In this document: in pieces, positions 41,293 to 51,379 of the stretch
Layout: each line of letters begins with the position of its first letter
How positions within the stretch are numbered: position 1 is the stretch's first letter
NCBI GenBank assembly: GCA_963845535.1
Contig: CAWJSK010000015.1
Location: forward strand, 1-64,000
DNA from: an uncultured Spirochaetota bacterium
GTDB lineage: Bacteria > Spirochaetota > Spirochaetia > SZUA-6 > Fen-1364
DNA length: 64,000 nt
Direction of reading: 5' to 3'
Made by a program: the position numbers and the translations under genes
The notes under the pieces: generated by a model
Seen by the model: the letters and a program-made list of their open reading frames with translations, nothing else
Told to the model about the DNA's origin: nothing
The model's database searches: none

Positions 41293-42339
41293 TCAACCGT
41301 CAATGACGAGAGTGATGAGAAGCGGCAGATGGTCCGAGTAGCCTCGTTCCTTTTTCAGGCGCGTCCACTTCCGCGGCGTCCCGTCCGCACGGAGGAGGAA
41401 AGGGAGTCGCACCGCGTGGAAACTTCCTTTCTTGTAGCGCAAGCCGCTGGAGCCCAGAAGCCCGGCGGAGAGGAGGATGTGATCCATGGTTTCCCACTCC
41501 CCCTGGTAGAAATAGGATCCCCGTTCCGCCGGGCTCAGCTCGACCCAGGGTTCGTAAAGGATGACGCGCCCTCGGGGATCCACCGAAGGACCCGTGTTTT
41601 CGTCCGCAAGAAAGAGGCTGGAAACGGAATAGGGCGCGGGGACGGTTTTCGAAGCGGGGATGAGGGCGGTCTGGTAGCCGCCGCCGACCCTTTCGAGCTC
41701 ATCAGAGTTCTCATTCATGTCTCCGGCAACGATGATGCGCGCGGACGGGTCCTGGGCCAGCATTTCCTTGATCCTGCGGACCACGATCCCCGCGGACTCC
41801 AGGCGTGAACGCTCTGTTGCCCGGGCGCCGCCGGCCTTCGATTTCCAGTGGTCGTCAAACACGTGGAGGACGCCGCCCGCGGTCTCTATCTCTGCCTCGA
41901 TGACGTCACGCACCGGGTTCTTCCGCCAGGCGTGCACGGCATTCGAGCGCACGTGGGAAATGGGGAACCGGCTCGCAATGGCGACGTTGGCGGCAAGCTT
42001 CTTTTTCGGCACGAGGACGGAGAAGTTGTAACCCAGCCCGGAAAGCCCGGAGGTGAGGAGGACGTGGAGGGCATTTTCGTTCTCCACTTCCTGGAGCAGG
42101 AGGACGTCAGGACCGCCGGGGACCGCCTTCCGTACCACTTCGGCAATGGTTTCCACGCGCATATGGAAGAGGTCCGAGCTCCATACGCCGCGGGCCGGGT
42201 CGAACTCCGGAAACTCCGAGCCGTCATGGACGTCATCAAACAGGTTCTCCACGTTGTAGCTGAGGACGGTGAGCTCCCGGGCCCCGAGGGGCCACAGCCA
42301 GGAGAGCAGAAGGATGACGGCAAGGAAGAAGCGTCTCAC
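41293..42339 (-). CDS. Secreted endonuclease/exonuclease/phosphatase family protein
   Basis: Signal peptide; SYNVENLFD, LQEVEN, HWKSK, GDMN, MDHIL, GYSDHLP. Confidence 0.9.
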   Translation of the reverse strand: MRRFFLAVILLLSWLWPLGARELTVLSYNVENLFDDVHDGSEFPEFDPARGVWSSDLFHMRVETIAEVVRKAVPGGPDVLLLQEVENENALHVLLTSGLSGLGYNFSVLVPKKKLAANVAIASRFPISHVRSNAVHAWRKNPVRDVIEAEIETAGGVLHVFDDHWKSKAGGARATERSRLESAGIVVRRIKEMLAQDPSARIIVAGDMNENSDELERVGGGYQTALIPASKTVPAPYSVSSLFLADENTGPSVDPRGRVILYEPWVELSPAERGSYFYQGEWETMDHILLSAGLLGSSGLRYKKGSFHAVRLPFLLRADGTPRKWTRLKKERGYSDHLPLLITLVIDG

Positions 42340-43292
42340 CTTTCCGCCGCCGAGGTCACGATGGCCGCCTCTTCGCGGGCGCCTGCGGCGCGAGGCGTGA
42401 AGCCTTTCCCGGTGATGGTCTGCCAGGCCGTGACGTACCGCCACGCCACTTCTGTTCGAACTTCGTCAGGAATGTGAGGGCAGGGACCATCCCCCTTCCA
42501 TCCCCAGGCGATCAGCCACTGCCTGAGATACTCCTTGTCCAGCTCACGCTGCGGCTCCCCCGCCTTGAAGAGTCTCTCCCACGTGTCCGCGTACCAATAG
42601 CGGCTGGAATCCGGCGTGTGCACCTCATCCACGAGCATCAGCGTGCTTCCCCGAAGCCCGAACTCGTATTTGGTGTCCACCAGGAGGAGGCCCCTGCGAG
42701 CGGCAACCTCTTTTCCGCGTTTGTAGAGAGCGAGCGCGTCTTCCTCCACTTTTTCCCAGACTTTTGTTTCGACTTTTCCGCTGGCAAGCACTTCCTCACG
42801 GGAAACGGGCCTGTCATGGGTCCCCGTTCCTTCTTTCGTGGACGGCGTTATGAGGGGCACCTCGAACGCCTGGTTGAAGCGCATGCCGGCCGGCAGTCTG
42901 ATCCCGGAGATATCCTTGCCAGCCTGGTAGTCCCGCCAGGCAGAGCCGGTGAGGTATCCACGAACCACCACCTCGAACGGGAGAACCTCTGCCTTCGCGA
43001 CGCGCACCGTCCGGGGAGACACTTCCTCCCGCACGTGGTGCGGGACGATGTCCGCGCCCGCGGCGAACCAGAAGAGGGAGAGCGTGTTCAGCACTTCTCC
43101 TTTGCACGGAATCGTGGTCAGGACGCTGTCAAAGGCGGAAATGCGGTCCGTTGTGGTGATCAGGAGCTCCTGTCCGAGGTCCACGACGTCCCTGACCTTC
43201 CCGCGCTGGAGCCGAGCGCCGCCGGGAAGCCCGCCAAGCTCGAGATGGTCCAGGCAATCCCCGAGGCGGGCGGAAAGGTCCTCTTTTTTCAC
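42336..43292 (-). CDS. purC: SAICAR synthetase
   Basis: GKVRD, TDRISAFD, EVVVRGYLTGS, DTKYEFG, DEVHTPDSSRYW, DKEYLR. Confidence 0.97.
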   Translation of the reverse strand: MKKEDLSARLGDCLDHLELGGLPGGARLQRGKVRDVVDLGQELLITTTDRISAFDSVLTTIPCKGEVLNTLSLFWFAAGADIVPHHVREEVSPRTVRVAKAEVLPFEVVVRGYLTGSAWRDYQAGKDISGIRLPAGMRFNQAFEVPLITPSTKEGTGTHDRPVSREEVLASGKVETKVWEKVEEDALALYKRGKEVAARRGLLLVDTKYEFGLRGSTLMLVDEVHTPDSSRYWYADTWERLFKAGEPQRELDKEYLRQWLIAWGWKGDGPCPHIPDEVRTEVAWRYVTAWQTITGKGFTPRAAGAREEAAIVTSAAER

Positions 43293-43885
43293 CCCTTGAT
43301 CTCGTCCCGCTTGTGGATGACGCGGGAGAGAAGCCCGTAGGAGACGGCTTCCTCCGAGTTCATCCAGTAGTCACGGTCCGTGTCCTTCTCCACCTTCGAG
43401 ATTGCTTGTCCCGTTTCATCCGAGATCAGCTTGTTGATCTTTGCGCGCAGCTTTTCGATCTCCTTGGCCTGGATCTCGATCTCTGTTGCCACGCCCCGCG
43501 CGCCGCTGGAGGGCTGGTGGATGAGGTAATGGGAGTTCGGGAGGCCGAGGCGGCGCTCCCGCGGCGCGGCAAGGAGGATGAGCGCCGCCGCGCTTGCCAC
43601 GAGGCCCATGCCGATCATGGTTATCTGCGGCTTCACGAACCTCATCATGTCGAAGATGGCGTAGCCGGCGTCCGCGTCTCCGCCCGGGGAATCGATGTAG
43701 ACCTTGATGGGGTCCGGGCTCTCTTCCTCCAGGAGGATGAGGGACCTCGTCACCCGTTCCGCAAGCGGCTTGTTGATCTCTCCCGAGACCATGATGGTGC
43801 GAGACTTGAGCATCCTGGCGAAGAACATCCCTTCGTCGATGCGGGGCGCGCCTTCCGGTTCTTCCGGTTTGTCCTGCATGTTCAT
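43289..43885 (-). CDS. clpP: ATP-dependent Clp protease proteolytic subunit
   Basis: IDSPGG, VASAA, LIHQP, DTDRDYWM catalytic triad; start 43885 or 43879. Confidence 0.95.
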   Translation of the reverse strand: MNMQDKPEEPEGAPRIDEGMFFARMLKSRTIMVSGEINKPLAERVTRSLILLEEESPDPIKVYIDSPGGDADAGYAIFDMMRFVKPQITMIGMGLVASAAALILLAAPRERRLGLPNSHYLIHQPSSGARGVATEIEIQAKEIEKLRAKINKLISDETGQAISKVEKDTDRDYWMNSEEAVSYGLLSRVIHKRDEIKG

Positions 43886-43955
43886 ACTATCGATTACAAT
43901 AAGAAAATTCCCGGTGAATGTCACTGGGTGGGCTGAGGGAGAAGTTGAGCAGGTG

Positions 43956-44050
43956 AAAAAAAGGCCGGGACATTTCTGCCCCGGCCACCCGTCAATCTTC
44001 CGTCCTCCAATTGGTACTGGAGGTCGTGGGGCGGAAGACTCCCAAAAACA
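43956..44050 (-). ncRNA. Candidate ~95-nt small RNA
   Basis: TTGACA-N16-TATACT promoter (44084-44057), then a two-segment hairpin, then a 9-bp terminator stem + U7; no RBS-led ORF seen. Confidence 0.55.
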
Positions 44051-44232
44051 GCTTATAGTATACATCCGTTTCTTCTCGTGTCAACGAAAAAGCCTGATAC
44101 GTAAGGAAAAACCGCTGTTTTTACGGGAAAAAGTGGTGATCGTCTGTGTAGCTTTCGAAAGCGTCAGTACCGGATCCGGGCTCCCTTGCATGCGGATGGC
44201 GTTTCCCGCACAATGCCCTCCCGGAGGTGAGC

Positions 44233-45102
44233 ATGAAGGCGCGGCTGGCACTGATCGGCGGAAGCGGATTGTATTCGATGGAGGACATCAGGCCATTGGA
44301 AGAGCTTGAGGTGCCGACTCCCTGGGGGCTGCCCTCAGACAAGGTGACTATCGCCGACGTACACGGGGAGCCCGTTGCCTTTCTCCCCCGCCACGGCAGG
44401 GGACACAGGTACCTGCCCGCCGAGGTGCCCTCCCGGGCCAACATTTGGGCTCTCAAGTCACTTGGCGTCCAGCAGATCATCTCGGTCAGTGCCGTGGGCT
44501 CCCTTACGGAGAGCTTTGCCCCCGGGGACTTCGTACTCTGTGATGAGCTCGTGGACAAGACTTCCCGCACGCCGGGAAGCTTCTTTGGACAGGGCGTGGT
44601 GGGGCATGTCGGTTTTGCTGACCCTTTCTGCCCCGGGATGCGCGCGGCCATCGCCGGGGTGTTCCGTGGCCATGGCCATGCCCACCACAGCGCGGGCACC
44701 TACGTCTGCATGGAGGGGCCGTCGTTCTCCACGAGGGCCGAATCGAACCTCCACAAGTCCTGGGGGGCGCAGCTCATCGGGATGACGGCGGTTCCCGAGG
44801 CCAGGATGGCGCGCGAGGCGGAGATGTGCTACGCCACCATCGCCATGGTCACCGACTATGATTGCTGGAAAGCGGACCAGGAGAGCGTGAGCGTGGAGAT
44901 GGTGATCGAAACGATGAAGAGGAACACCGCCGCGGTCCAGCGGATGATCCCCGACATCGTTTCCGCCTTGAAGGGCCGGGATGACTGCGGCTGCCGTCAC
45001 GCGGCCAAAAACGCAATCATGACGGATCCTGCCCTGATCCCGTATGACGTGAAGCGGAAGCTCGCGCTTTTCTACGACCGATACTGGGCCCCCCAAGGAT
45101 GA
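44233..45102 (+). CDS. mtnP: S-methyl-5'-thioadenosine phosphorylase
   Basis: IGGSG, PRHG..H, YVCMEGP.FSTRAES, IGMT..PEA..ARE, VTDYDCW. Confidence 0.95.
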   Translation: MKARLALIGGSGLYSMEDIRPLEELEVPTPWGLPSDKVTIADVHGEPVAFLPRHGRGHRYLPAEVPSRANIWALKSLGVQQIISVSAVGSLTESFAPGDFVLCDELVDKTSRTPGSFFGQGVVGHVGFADPFCPGMRAAIAGVFRGHGHAHHSAGTYVCMEGPSFSTRAESNLHKSWGAQLIGMTAVPEARMAREAEMCYATIAMVTDYDCWKADQESVSVEMVIETMKRNTAAVQRMIPDIVSALKGRDDCGCRHAAKNAIMTDPALIPYDVKRKLALFYDRYWAPQG

Positions 45103-45109
45103 GCGCCGA

Positions 45110-45985
45110 GTGAAGTCCGCGGTGGTGGCCGTGGTCGGGAGACCTTCGGCGGGCAAATCGACTCTCGTGAACGCACTGTGCGGCGCCAAGGTGTCCATCG
45201 TCTCCCCTGTCCCGCAGACCACGCGCAACCGTGTCCGCGGGATTCTCAACGCTGAGGATGCCCAGCTCGTCTTCATCGACACCCCCGGATTCCATCTCTC
45301 CACGAAGAAGATCAACACGTACATGACGGGCATCGTCTCCTCCACTCTGGGGGAGGTCGACATCATCCTGTACGTCGTTGACGGCAGCAGGGCGAGCGGT
45401 GAAGAGGAAAAAGCCATCTCGGAGGCCGTCCGCGCGGCCCGCAAGCCGACCGTGATCTGCCTCAACAAAAAGGACGTCGCGGGCGAGGTGTGGGCGCAGG
45501 TCAGGGAAGGCGCCTGCGGCTTTCTGCCCGACGCCGCGCCATTCGAAGTCTCCGCCAGCGCGGGGACGGGGCTCGAGGCGCTGCGGGAGAAGCTGATCCA
45601 GCTCAGCCCTGACGGGGAGCAGATGTACCCTCCGGACTACTACACCGACCAGACACCCGAGTTTCGCATCTCGGAGATCGTACGGGAAAAGGTGACCCTC
45701 GGCACCCGTGAGGAGGTCCCTCATTCGGTCTACGTGCGCATCGAAGACGTGGAAATGCATGATGAAGGGGAAACGCTGTGGGCGCGCGGGTTCATATGCG
45801 TGGAGAGGGAGTCCCAGAAAGGGATCATCGTCGGCCGGGCCGGGGACAAGATCCGCCAGATCGTCCGCGACTCGGAGGCGGAGCTGTCTGAGATCTTCCC
45901 CTGGAGGGTCAAGCTCGACCTGCGCGTGAAGGTTGACCGCGAGTGGCGAAAACGTGATCCACTTCTGAAGAAGATGATCAGGTAG
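45110..45985 (+). CDS. era: GTPase Era
   Basis: GRPSAGKS, PQTTR, DTPG, NKKD, KH domain (SQKGIIVG). Confidence 0.97.
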   Translation: MKSAVVAVVGRPSAGKSTLVNALCGAKVSIVSPVPQTTRNRVRGILNAEDAQLVFIDTPGFHLSTKKINTYMTGIVSSTLGEVDIILYVVDGSRASGEEEKAISEAVRAARKPTVICLNKKDVAGEVWAQVREGACGFLPDAAPFEVSASAGTGLEALREKLIQLSPDGEQMYPPDYYTDQTPEFRISEIVREKVTLGTREEVPHSVYVRIEDVEMHDEGETLWARGFICVERESQKGIIVGRAGDKIRQIVRDSEAELSEIFPWRVKLDLRVKVDREWRKRDPLLKKMIR

Positions 45986-46023
45986 AAGGCTTCACGAGGT
46001 CAGGGAGCGAGGGGGGAGAGCGC

Positions 46024-47883
46024 CTATGACCTTTCTCGGACCGCCAGCACGCGAAGCACAATGACCTGCGTCCGGGCCGTCTGGGGGTTGGCAACGCGAA
46101 CAACGAGGGTGGGGGAGTTGCCGGCTCGATGACGGCACGCTCAGGACCTTGTCTCCCGCCGAGGTGGACACCGAAAGGGATTGGCCGGTCACGGTGACCT
46201 TGAGCTTCAGCTCGCCGCCGTCCGCCGTCACCGGAATGTCCGCTGCTATCGATGAATCTCCCTGCCACTGAAGCCTGATGGTGGCCGCCCGAGAGGAATC
46301 CGGGGAGAGCTCCACCGTGTACGACACGGGTCCCTTGGCGAGGTTGACTCCCGCAAATACAAGTGCGCTGTCCGGCGCAAGCGTCAGCGCTCCCGGGGTG
46401 TTGGCGGCTTTTCCCTCGGTCGTCATGCCGGCGGGAAGATTCGCCGTTTCGAATCCGTACGCAAGCACCAGGTCTCTCCCGTATTTGCGCTGCGCCGTCC
46501 TCAAGTACTGCGCAGGGTCCGCGGAGGGTCTCCCCTGGTCGTCACGGTAGTAGACCCCGAGCTCATCGATGACCCCGGAAAAGCCGTTCGGTCCGCCAAT
46601 GACGGTCGTGCCGTCCTGCCGGAGCATGGGGGAGGTGAAAGACGCCGTGCGCGTCGACATGAGCTCACCGTTCAGGAACCACAGCGCGGTGAGGGTCTGT
46701 CCTTGCGGGATGACGCTCAGGGACAGGAGGTACCTCTGGCCGGTGAGCAGGCCCACTCCTGACCAGGGGATCGTGATGGACTGGCCCGCGGCCTGAATGA
46801 CAGCCAGCGGCGCGTGGGTCGTTGCATCCACGGAAACCGTGAAGGTGAAGTTGCCGTCCGAGGTGGAAGCCACCAGCAGGACGTTCGAAGCGGAGAAGCT
46901 GTCGAAGTTGATTCCAAAGCTCACGGTGAACGGGTTCAGCGTGCTTCCGTCAACGGGAAGCGCGAACCAGGGGAGGGAGAACCCCCGCGCCGCCCGGCAA
47001 GTCGATAGCCGAAACCGTTCTCCGTGGAGACGATCTCCGGCGAGCCTATGGTGGCGGTGGCAGAAGTCTTTCCCAGTCTCCTGGCGCCGGCGCCGGAATC
47101 ATCCAGCGTGCCCTGGAGGCGCAGCAGCGTGAGGTAGGAGTCCGCGGACCCGAGGTCACCGCTTCCGGACGTGTTTCCCGTGGATACGTAGACTTCCGTG
47201 GAAAGCGAGAGGGACGACGAGAAGGAGTAGTCAGCGTCCGGGGCGGGAGCCGCGGGGAACATCTCCAGCGTTATGGTATAGACTCCCTCCTCCGCGGGGA
47301 CCGTCCAAAGGACTTTCCCGAGGCCCTGGCTCAGGGCGCCTTTCTGGATCACTTTTCCCTTGTATGACCAGCGCAACCAGGGGTCCGAGCCATCGGGATA
47401 CTGCAGGTCCGCTTTCAGGAGGACCTTCCCTGATGATCCGATCACAGGCGGATAGCTCTTGATGCCGGCGATTTTCCAGCTTCCCGTGGCGACAAAGAAG
47501 CTTGCGCTTTTTTTCTGGGACACCTCGCCGGATGAATAGATCACGAGATCCATCCTGTACTGTCCGGGCGGCAGAGAAGGGGGCTGAATGTAGAGTTGCT
47601 CGTTCACCGCGGGCACGTTCTGGCGGCTGTGCCACACGCTTGCCCCGCCGGGGGCGCTGAGGGTCACCTCCATCTCGAGGTCTTTTGCCTTGGAAGGATC
47701 CTGAACCGAGACCGTCAACGGGATTCCCTTGCCGTCCGTGAGGACCTGGCCGTCAACAACCGTGGCTGCCTGGAGGTCCGGGACGGTGTTGTTCAGGGAC
47801 ATGAAAAGCGATTGATCCCCGCATGAGGTTATCAGTCCCAGGAACATGAGTAGCGCAACTTTTTGGCCAATTTTGGGGATCAT
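46024..47883 (-). CDS. Large beta-rich lipoprotein with LamG/ConA-like domain; two apparent frameshifts (~46985, ~46125)
   Basis: Lipobox ITSC; ORFs 46936..47883 and 45992..46924 join; LWFLNGEL..TVIGG..FSGVIDELGVY LamG signature. Confidence 0.65.
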
Positions 47884-47915
47884 CTAGGTCTAATATACCA
47901 CGAAGGGGTCCCAAA

Positions 47916-48236
47916 TCAAGGCTTGCCGGCGAGGTGCAAGACTTCGATCTCCACGTCCCCGTAGACGTAGCTCTGGCAGGCCAACCTGATGTCCGGACCC
48001 GACGGCTCTCCCCGGGCCGCAAGCTGAGCCAGCAGCCTGGTCTCCCGGTCCTTGCGCTGGCTGAAGAACTTCTGCCCTGACGTGATCCGGATGATGTCCC
48101 GCCCGCACTCGACTTTCCCGCCGCAGATGGTCTGGATGGGAAAGCCGTTTCGAAGAAGGATGTTGAGGATGGACGTTGTCAGGTTGCCCTCGAAGACATG
48201 GGATGTGCCATGGATGCTGATTTTGGGGGCTTTCAT
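47916..48236 (-). CDS. 2Fe-2S ferredoxin-like protein
   Basis: TICGGKVECGRD...RLACQ; third Cys replaced by Asp. Confidence 0.78.
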   Translation of the reverse strand: MKAPKISIHGTSHVFEGNLTTSILNILLRNGFPIQTICGGKVECGRDIIRITSGQKFFSQRKDRETRLLAQLAARGEPSGPDIRLACQSYVYGDVEIEVLHLAGKP

Positions 48237-48269
48237 AGCGCCGACTCCTCTGTTTACAGGTCCCTCGAT

Positions 48270-48941
48270 CTAGAGGTCCCTTGACGGGCATAGATCGCGC
48301 ACAGGGCAGCCTGCGTGATCTGGCTTTCGGGCGGCGCAGCATTTGCGCCCATGAAAAGTGACGGCGTGGGAAAAGGCCGTCCAATCCTTGCGGGGCAGGA
48401 GGCCTGCAATGTCCTCTTCGATGCGGTCCGGGTCATCGTTCTCCGTCAGCCCGAGGCGCTGGGTCACGCGTCGGAAATGGGTGTCAACCACGATTGCTGG
48501 AACGCCGAAGCATGTCCCAAGGACCACGTTGGCGGTCTTTCTTCCCACGCCCGGGAGAGTGACAAGGTCTTCCATGCGGTCAGGGAAGCCTTTGGCAAAA
48601 TCCCTGGCAAGGGCAGCCGATGCTCCCTTGATGCTTTTCGCCTTGTTATGGAAGAAACCCGTCGAACGAATCAGGATTTCCAGCTCTCCCACGTCCGCCT
48701 CCGCCATGGCCGCGGGAGTTGGGAAGCGCTTGAAAAGCGAAGGGGTCACCTTGTTCACGCGCTCATCCGTGCACTGCGCCGCCAGGATGGTGGCAACGAG
48801 AAGCTGAAAGGCGTCCGCGTGGTCCAGCATGCACCGCGCGTCCGGATACGCCTTGATGAGCGCGCGGGCGATCTTTGCAGCTCGCGCCGCTCGCGTTGCG
48901 CGGGCCTCTTCAGGCGCGCTTGCGGGCCGTGAAGTACGCAT
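48270..48941 (-). CDS. nth: Endonuclease III
   Basis: LVATILAAQCTDERVN, LPGVGRKTANVV, VDTH. Confidence 0.95.
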   Translation of the reverse strand: MRTSRPASAPEEARATRAARAAKIARALIKAYPDARCMLDHADAFQLLVATILAAQCTDERVNKVTPSLFKRFPTPAAMAEADVGELEILIRSTGFFHNKAKSIKGASAALARDFAKGFPDRMEDLVTLPGVGRKTANVVLGTCFGVPAIVVDTHFRRVTQRLGLTENDDPDRIEEDIAGLLPRKDWTAFSHAVTFHGRKCCAARKPDHAGCPVRDLCPSRDL

Positions 48942-49034
48942 CCGCTTCCTCCGTGGTCAGGCAATTTCGTTGAGGGCCTGGGCAATGCCGCCGTTATTCA
49001 TCGCTCTGTGCAGAATCTATAGTATATTCTCGCC

Positions 49035-49496
49035 ATGATCCACGCCATGTACCAACTCCTGGGTCGGCTCGGTTACAACCACCCAGTACACCCTTTGCTC
49101 GTTCACGTCACAATCGGGCTCACCGTGGGCGCGTTTGCCTTTGGCCTCGTCTCCGTCATTTTCCGACGGCCGCGGTTGAAGCTCACGGCTTGGCACACCG
49201 CCGTGCTTGCCACCGTCAGCGTCATCCCCACAGCATTCCTTGGTTACGGGGACTGGCAGGAGAGGATGCATGGTCAGCCAATGACCGTGATCACCATCAA
49301 GATCATTCTCGCCATATCCCTGTTCGTGGTCTTGTTCATTTCCCTGTTCTTCGGCAGGGTGCGCGGCGGGGAGACGGATGACCCGAAGGCGCGAGTCTGG
49401 CGTGACGCACGATCCATTGTCGCGCTGTGCCTCTACGGCGTGTGCTTCGGCCTGGTCACGGCGCTGGGCTACTTCGGCGGGTCGCTGGTGTATTGA
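49035..49496 (+). CDS. DUF2231-like membrane protein
   Basis: HPVHPLLVH start, four TMs, GYFGGSLVY end. Confidence 0.8.
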   Translation: MIHAMYQLLGRLGYNHPVHPLLVHVTIGLTVGAFAFGLVSVIFRRPRLKLTAWHTAVLATVSVIPTAFLGYGDWQERMHGQPMTVITIKIILAISLFVVLFISLFFGRVRGGETDDPKARVWRDARSIVALCLYGVCFGLVTALGYFGGSLVY

Positions 49497-49566
49497 CAAG
49501 GCCCTGATTCTGCAATTCAATTCGCATCTCTCATAAATATTCCGCGTGAGCAGACTGGACAGATCT

Positions 49567-50049
49567 ATGACGGGTGATTCGCAAGGGAGGGTCAATCTGA
49601 AAAGTCAGGAGTCCCGACGCCGGCTTATCCACAATATCCTGCATGGGGAGAAGATCCACAGCCAGGAGGAGCTCCTCAAGCGTTTGGAAAAGGAAGGCGT
49701 CGAAGTGACGCAAGCCACCCTGTCGCGTGACCTGAAGTTTCTGGGCGTGGCCCGAGTCCCTGACCAGACCGGGGAATACGTTTACACGGTTGATCCGCCG
49801 GCGGAGTTCACCCCTGATCCATTCGTGCGCGACGACATGAGGCGCCAGATCGTCAGCATCGATTTTTCCGCCAACCTCGCTGTCATCAAGACCAAGATGG
49901 GACATGCCCCAGGAATTGCCTTCGGGATCGATCAACTCAAGATCAAGGACGTCATAGGAACGGTCGGCGGGGATGACACACTGCTCGTTGTGCTTCGGGA
50001 AGGCACGGACAGGGCCAAGTTCCTCAAGGAGCTCATGGGAGAAGGGTAA
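49567..50049 (+). CDS. argR: Arginine repressor
   Basis: SQEEL, VTQATLSRDL, GTVGGDDT. Confidence 0.95.
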   Translation: MTGDSQGRVNLKSQESRRRLIHNILHGEKIHSQEELLKRLEKEGVEVTQATLSRDLKFLGVARVPDQTGEYVYTVDPPAEFTPDPFVRDDMRRQIVSIDFSANLAVIKTKMGHAPGIAFGIDQLKIKDVIGTVGGDDTLLVVLREGTDRAKFLKELMGEG

Positions 50050-50209
50050 GCAGTTCCGGCCCGCCGGAAGCGCGCCGGGAACGATGGCAACGCTCGCGCG
50101 TCTTGACCGGTGCAGGGGAATGACGTACGTTTCCACGGAATACCGTACCACGGGCTCCCGCGGTTTGCTGCGCAAACCGCTGCCGCCCTCCGCGTGGAGT
50201 ACCACGCTA

Positions 50210-50282
50210 CGGGATGTAGCCTAGCGGCTAAGGCGCCTGCTTTGGGAGCAGGAGAGCGGTGGTTCGAATCCACTCATCCCGA
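50210..50282 (+). tRNA. tRNA-Pro (TGG)
   Basis: Acceptor CGGGATG/CATCCCG, anticodon arm CCTGC-TTTGGGA-GCAGG, TTCGAAT T-loop; CCA not encoded. Confidence 0.95.
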
Positions 50283-50458
50283 AAGAATCTATGGAACCGA
50301 CTAGGGTTCGTGCGTAGCACTGGTTTATCGCATCGAAAACGACCGACGGTGGTGAAACCATGCAAAGCGCAAAATCAGGCATGGTTGACAAATCGTTAGG
50401 GTGGACATATTCTTTGTTTGCACCGATATTCAGAACGAAGGCACTGAAGGGGGTAGCT

Positions 50459-50662
50459 TTGGGCGGCTCGGATTTCCTTTTTATCCGACCATCATTTCTC
50501 AACGGCATGGCAAAGGCTATAGACGTCACGGCAAGCATGGACGACTACAATATTAGTCCAACACCGGAGGAGGCTGACGCTCGAGCTCTTCACGCGGACT
50601 GGCAGGAGATCGGCCGCGACCTTAAAATTGTACTAGAAAAAGTCACCAGGGCTCACGAATGA
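50459..50662 (+). CDS. Small hypothetical protein preceding the DUF2335 gene
   Basis: TTGACA-N17-TATTCT promoter at 50385-50413; PSFLNG..YN.S..EADARAL.ADWQ.IG.DL. Confidence 0.65.
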   Translation: MGGSDFLFIRPSFLNGMAKAIDVTASMDDYNISPTPEEADARALHADWQEIGRDLKIVLEKVTRAHE

Positions 50663-50675
50663 CAGTCCGGCGGTA

Positions 50676-51137
50676 ATGTCTCACGGCAGTAGGGCCCGGA
50701 GAAGAGCCTTAAGAATGTCCCAAGACCTTCCCAACGGACAAATGCCGCAAGCAAGTCAGATCCGGCAGGTTGCCCAAACCATAATCCGTCAGGAACTCTA
50801 CCAAGGGCCCATGCCTCACCCGGACATTTTGGCGAAGTACGAAACGCTTTGCCCTGGCACGGCAAAGAGGCTCTTCGACCAACTCCAGGAACAGACGCAC
50901 CACCGGATGAGCATGGAGAAAACCGTAATTACGGCAAACGTGCGAAGCTCGCGGTTGGGTCAGTGGATGGGATTCACGATCTGCATGACTGCTCTGGTTG
51001 GGGGCGGCGTGATGGCTGCATTTGGTATAGACACCGCCGGGCTGATACTTGCGGTGGGCGGCTTGGTTTCCCTTGTGGCAGTCTTCATGGCTGGAAGGCT
51101 CACCGGTCAAAAAGAACTGCGCGCGAAGCGCCAGTAG
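50676..51137 (+). CDS. DUF2335-family membrane protein
   Basis: YQGPMPHPDILAKYE..PGTAKR..HR..E..GQ followed by two TMs. Confidence 0.85.
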   Translation: MSHGSRARRRALRMSQDLPNGQMPQASQIRQVAQTIIRQELYQGPMPHPDILAKYETLCPGTAKRLFDQLQEQTHHRMSMEKTVITANVRSSRLGQWMGFTICMTALVGGGVMAAFGIDTAGLILAVGGLVSLVAVFMAGRLTGQKELRAKRQ

Positions 51138-51202
51138 AAGCGTCCGGCCGGGACGAGCCAACGAATAATCAACCAAATCCACTTATTCCCGAAATCTTTC
51201 CC

Positions 51203-51379
51203 CTACTTTTGGGCAGCCAGGAACGCCTCCACCTCAGCCGCCTTGATGAACCCCAGCGCAACCGCTATGTCACCGAAGTGCCGCTTGTCGCCCGAGGCCT
51301 TTGCGCGTGCGACCTCGTCCACCTGGGACTGATTCATTGAGCCCATCCTGATCGTGAAGTCACCTATTCGCTCTGGCAT
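51203..51379 (-). CDS. Stand-alone MshEN-like protein (58 aa)
   Basis: Two tandem motifs RIGDFTIRMG..QVDEV and HFGDIAVALGFI..EVEAFLAAQ resembling RLGxxLxxxG..LxxQ. Confidence 0.72.
   Translation of the reverse strand: MPERIGDFTIRMGSMNQSQVDEVARAKASGDKRHFGDIAVALGFIKAAEVEAFLAAQK

Noticed and set aside
49510..49545. ARG boxes upstream of argR
   Set aside because: TCATAAATATTC is only a partial match; plausible but too weak to call by eye
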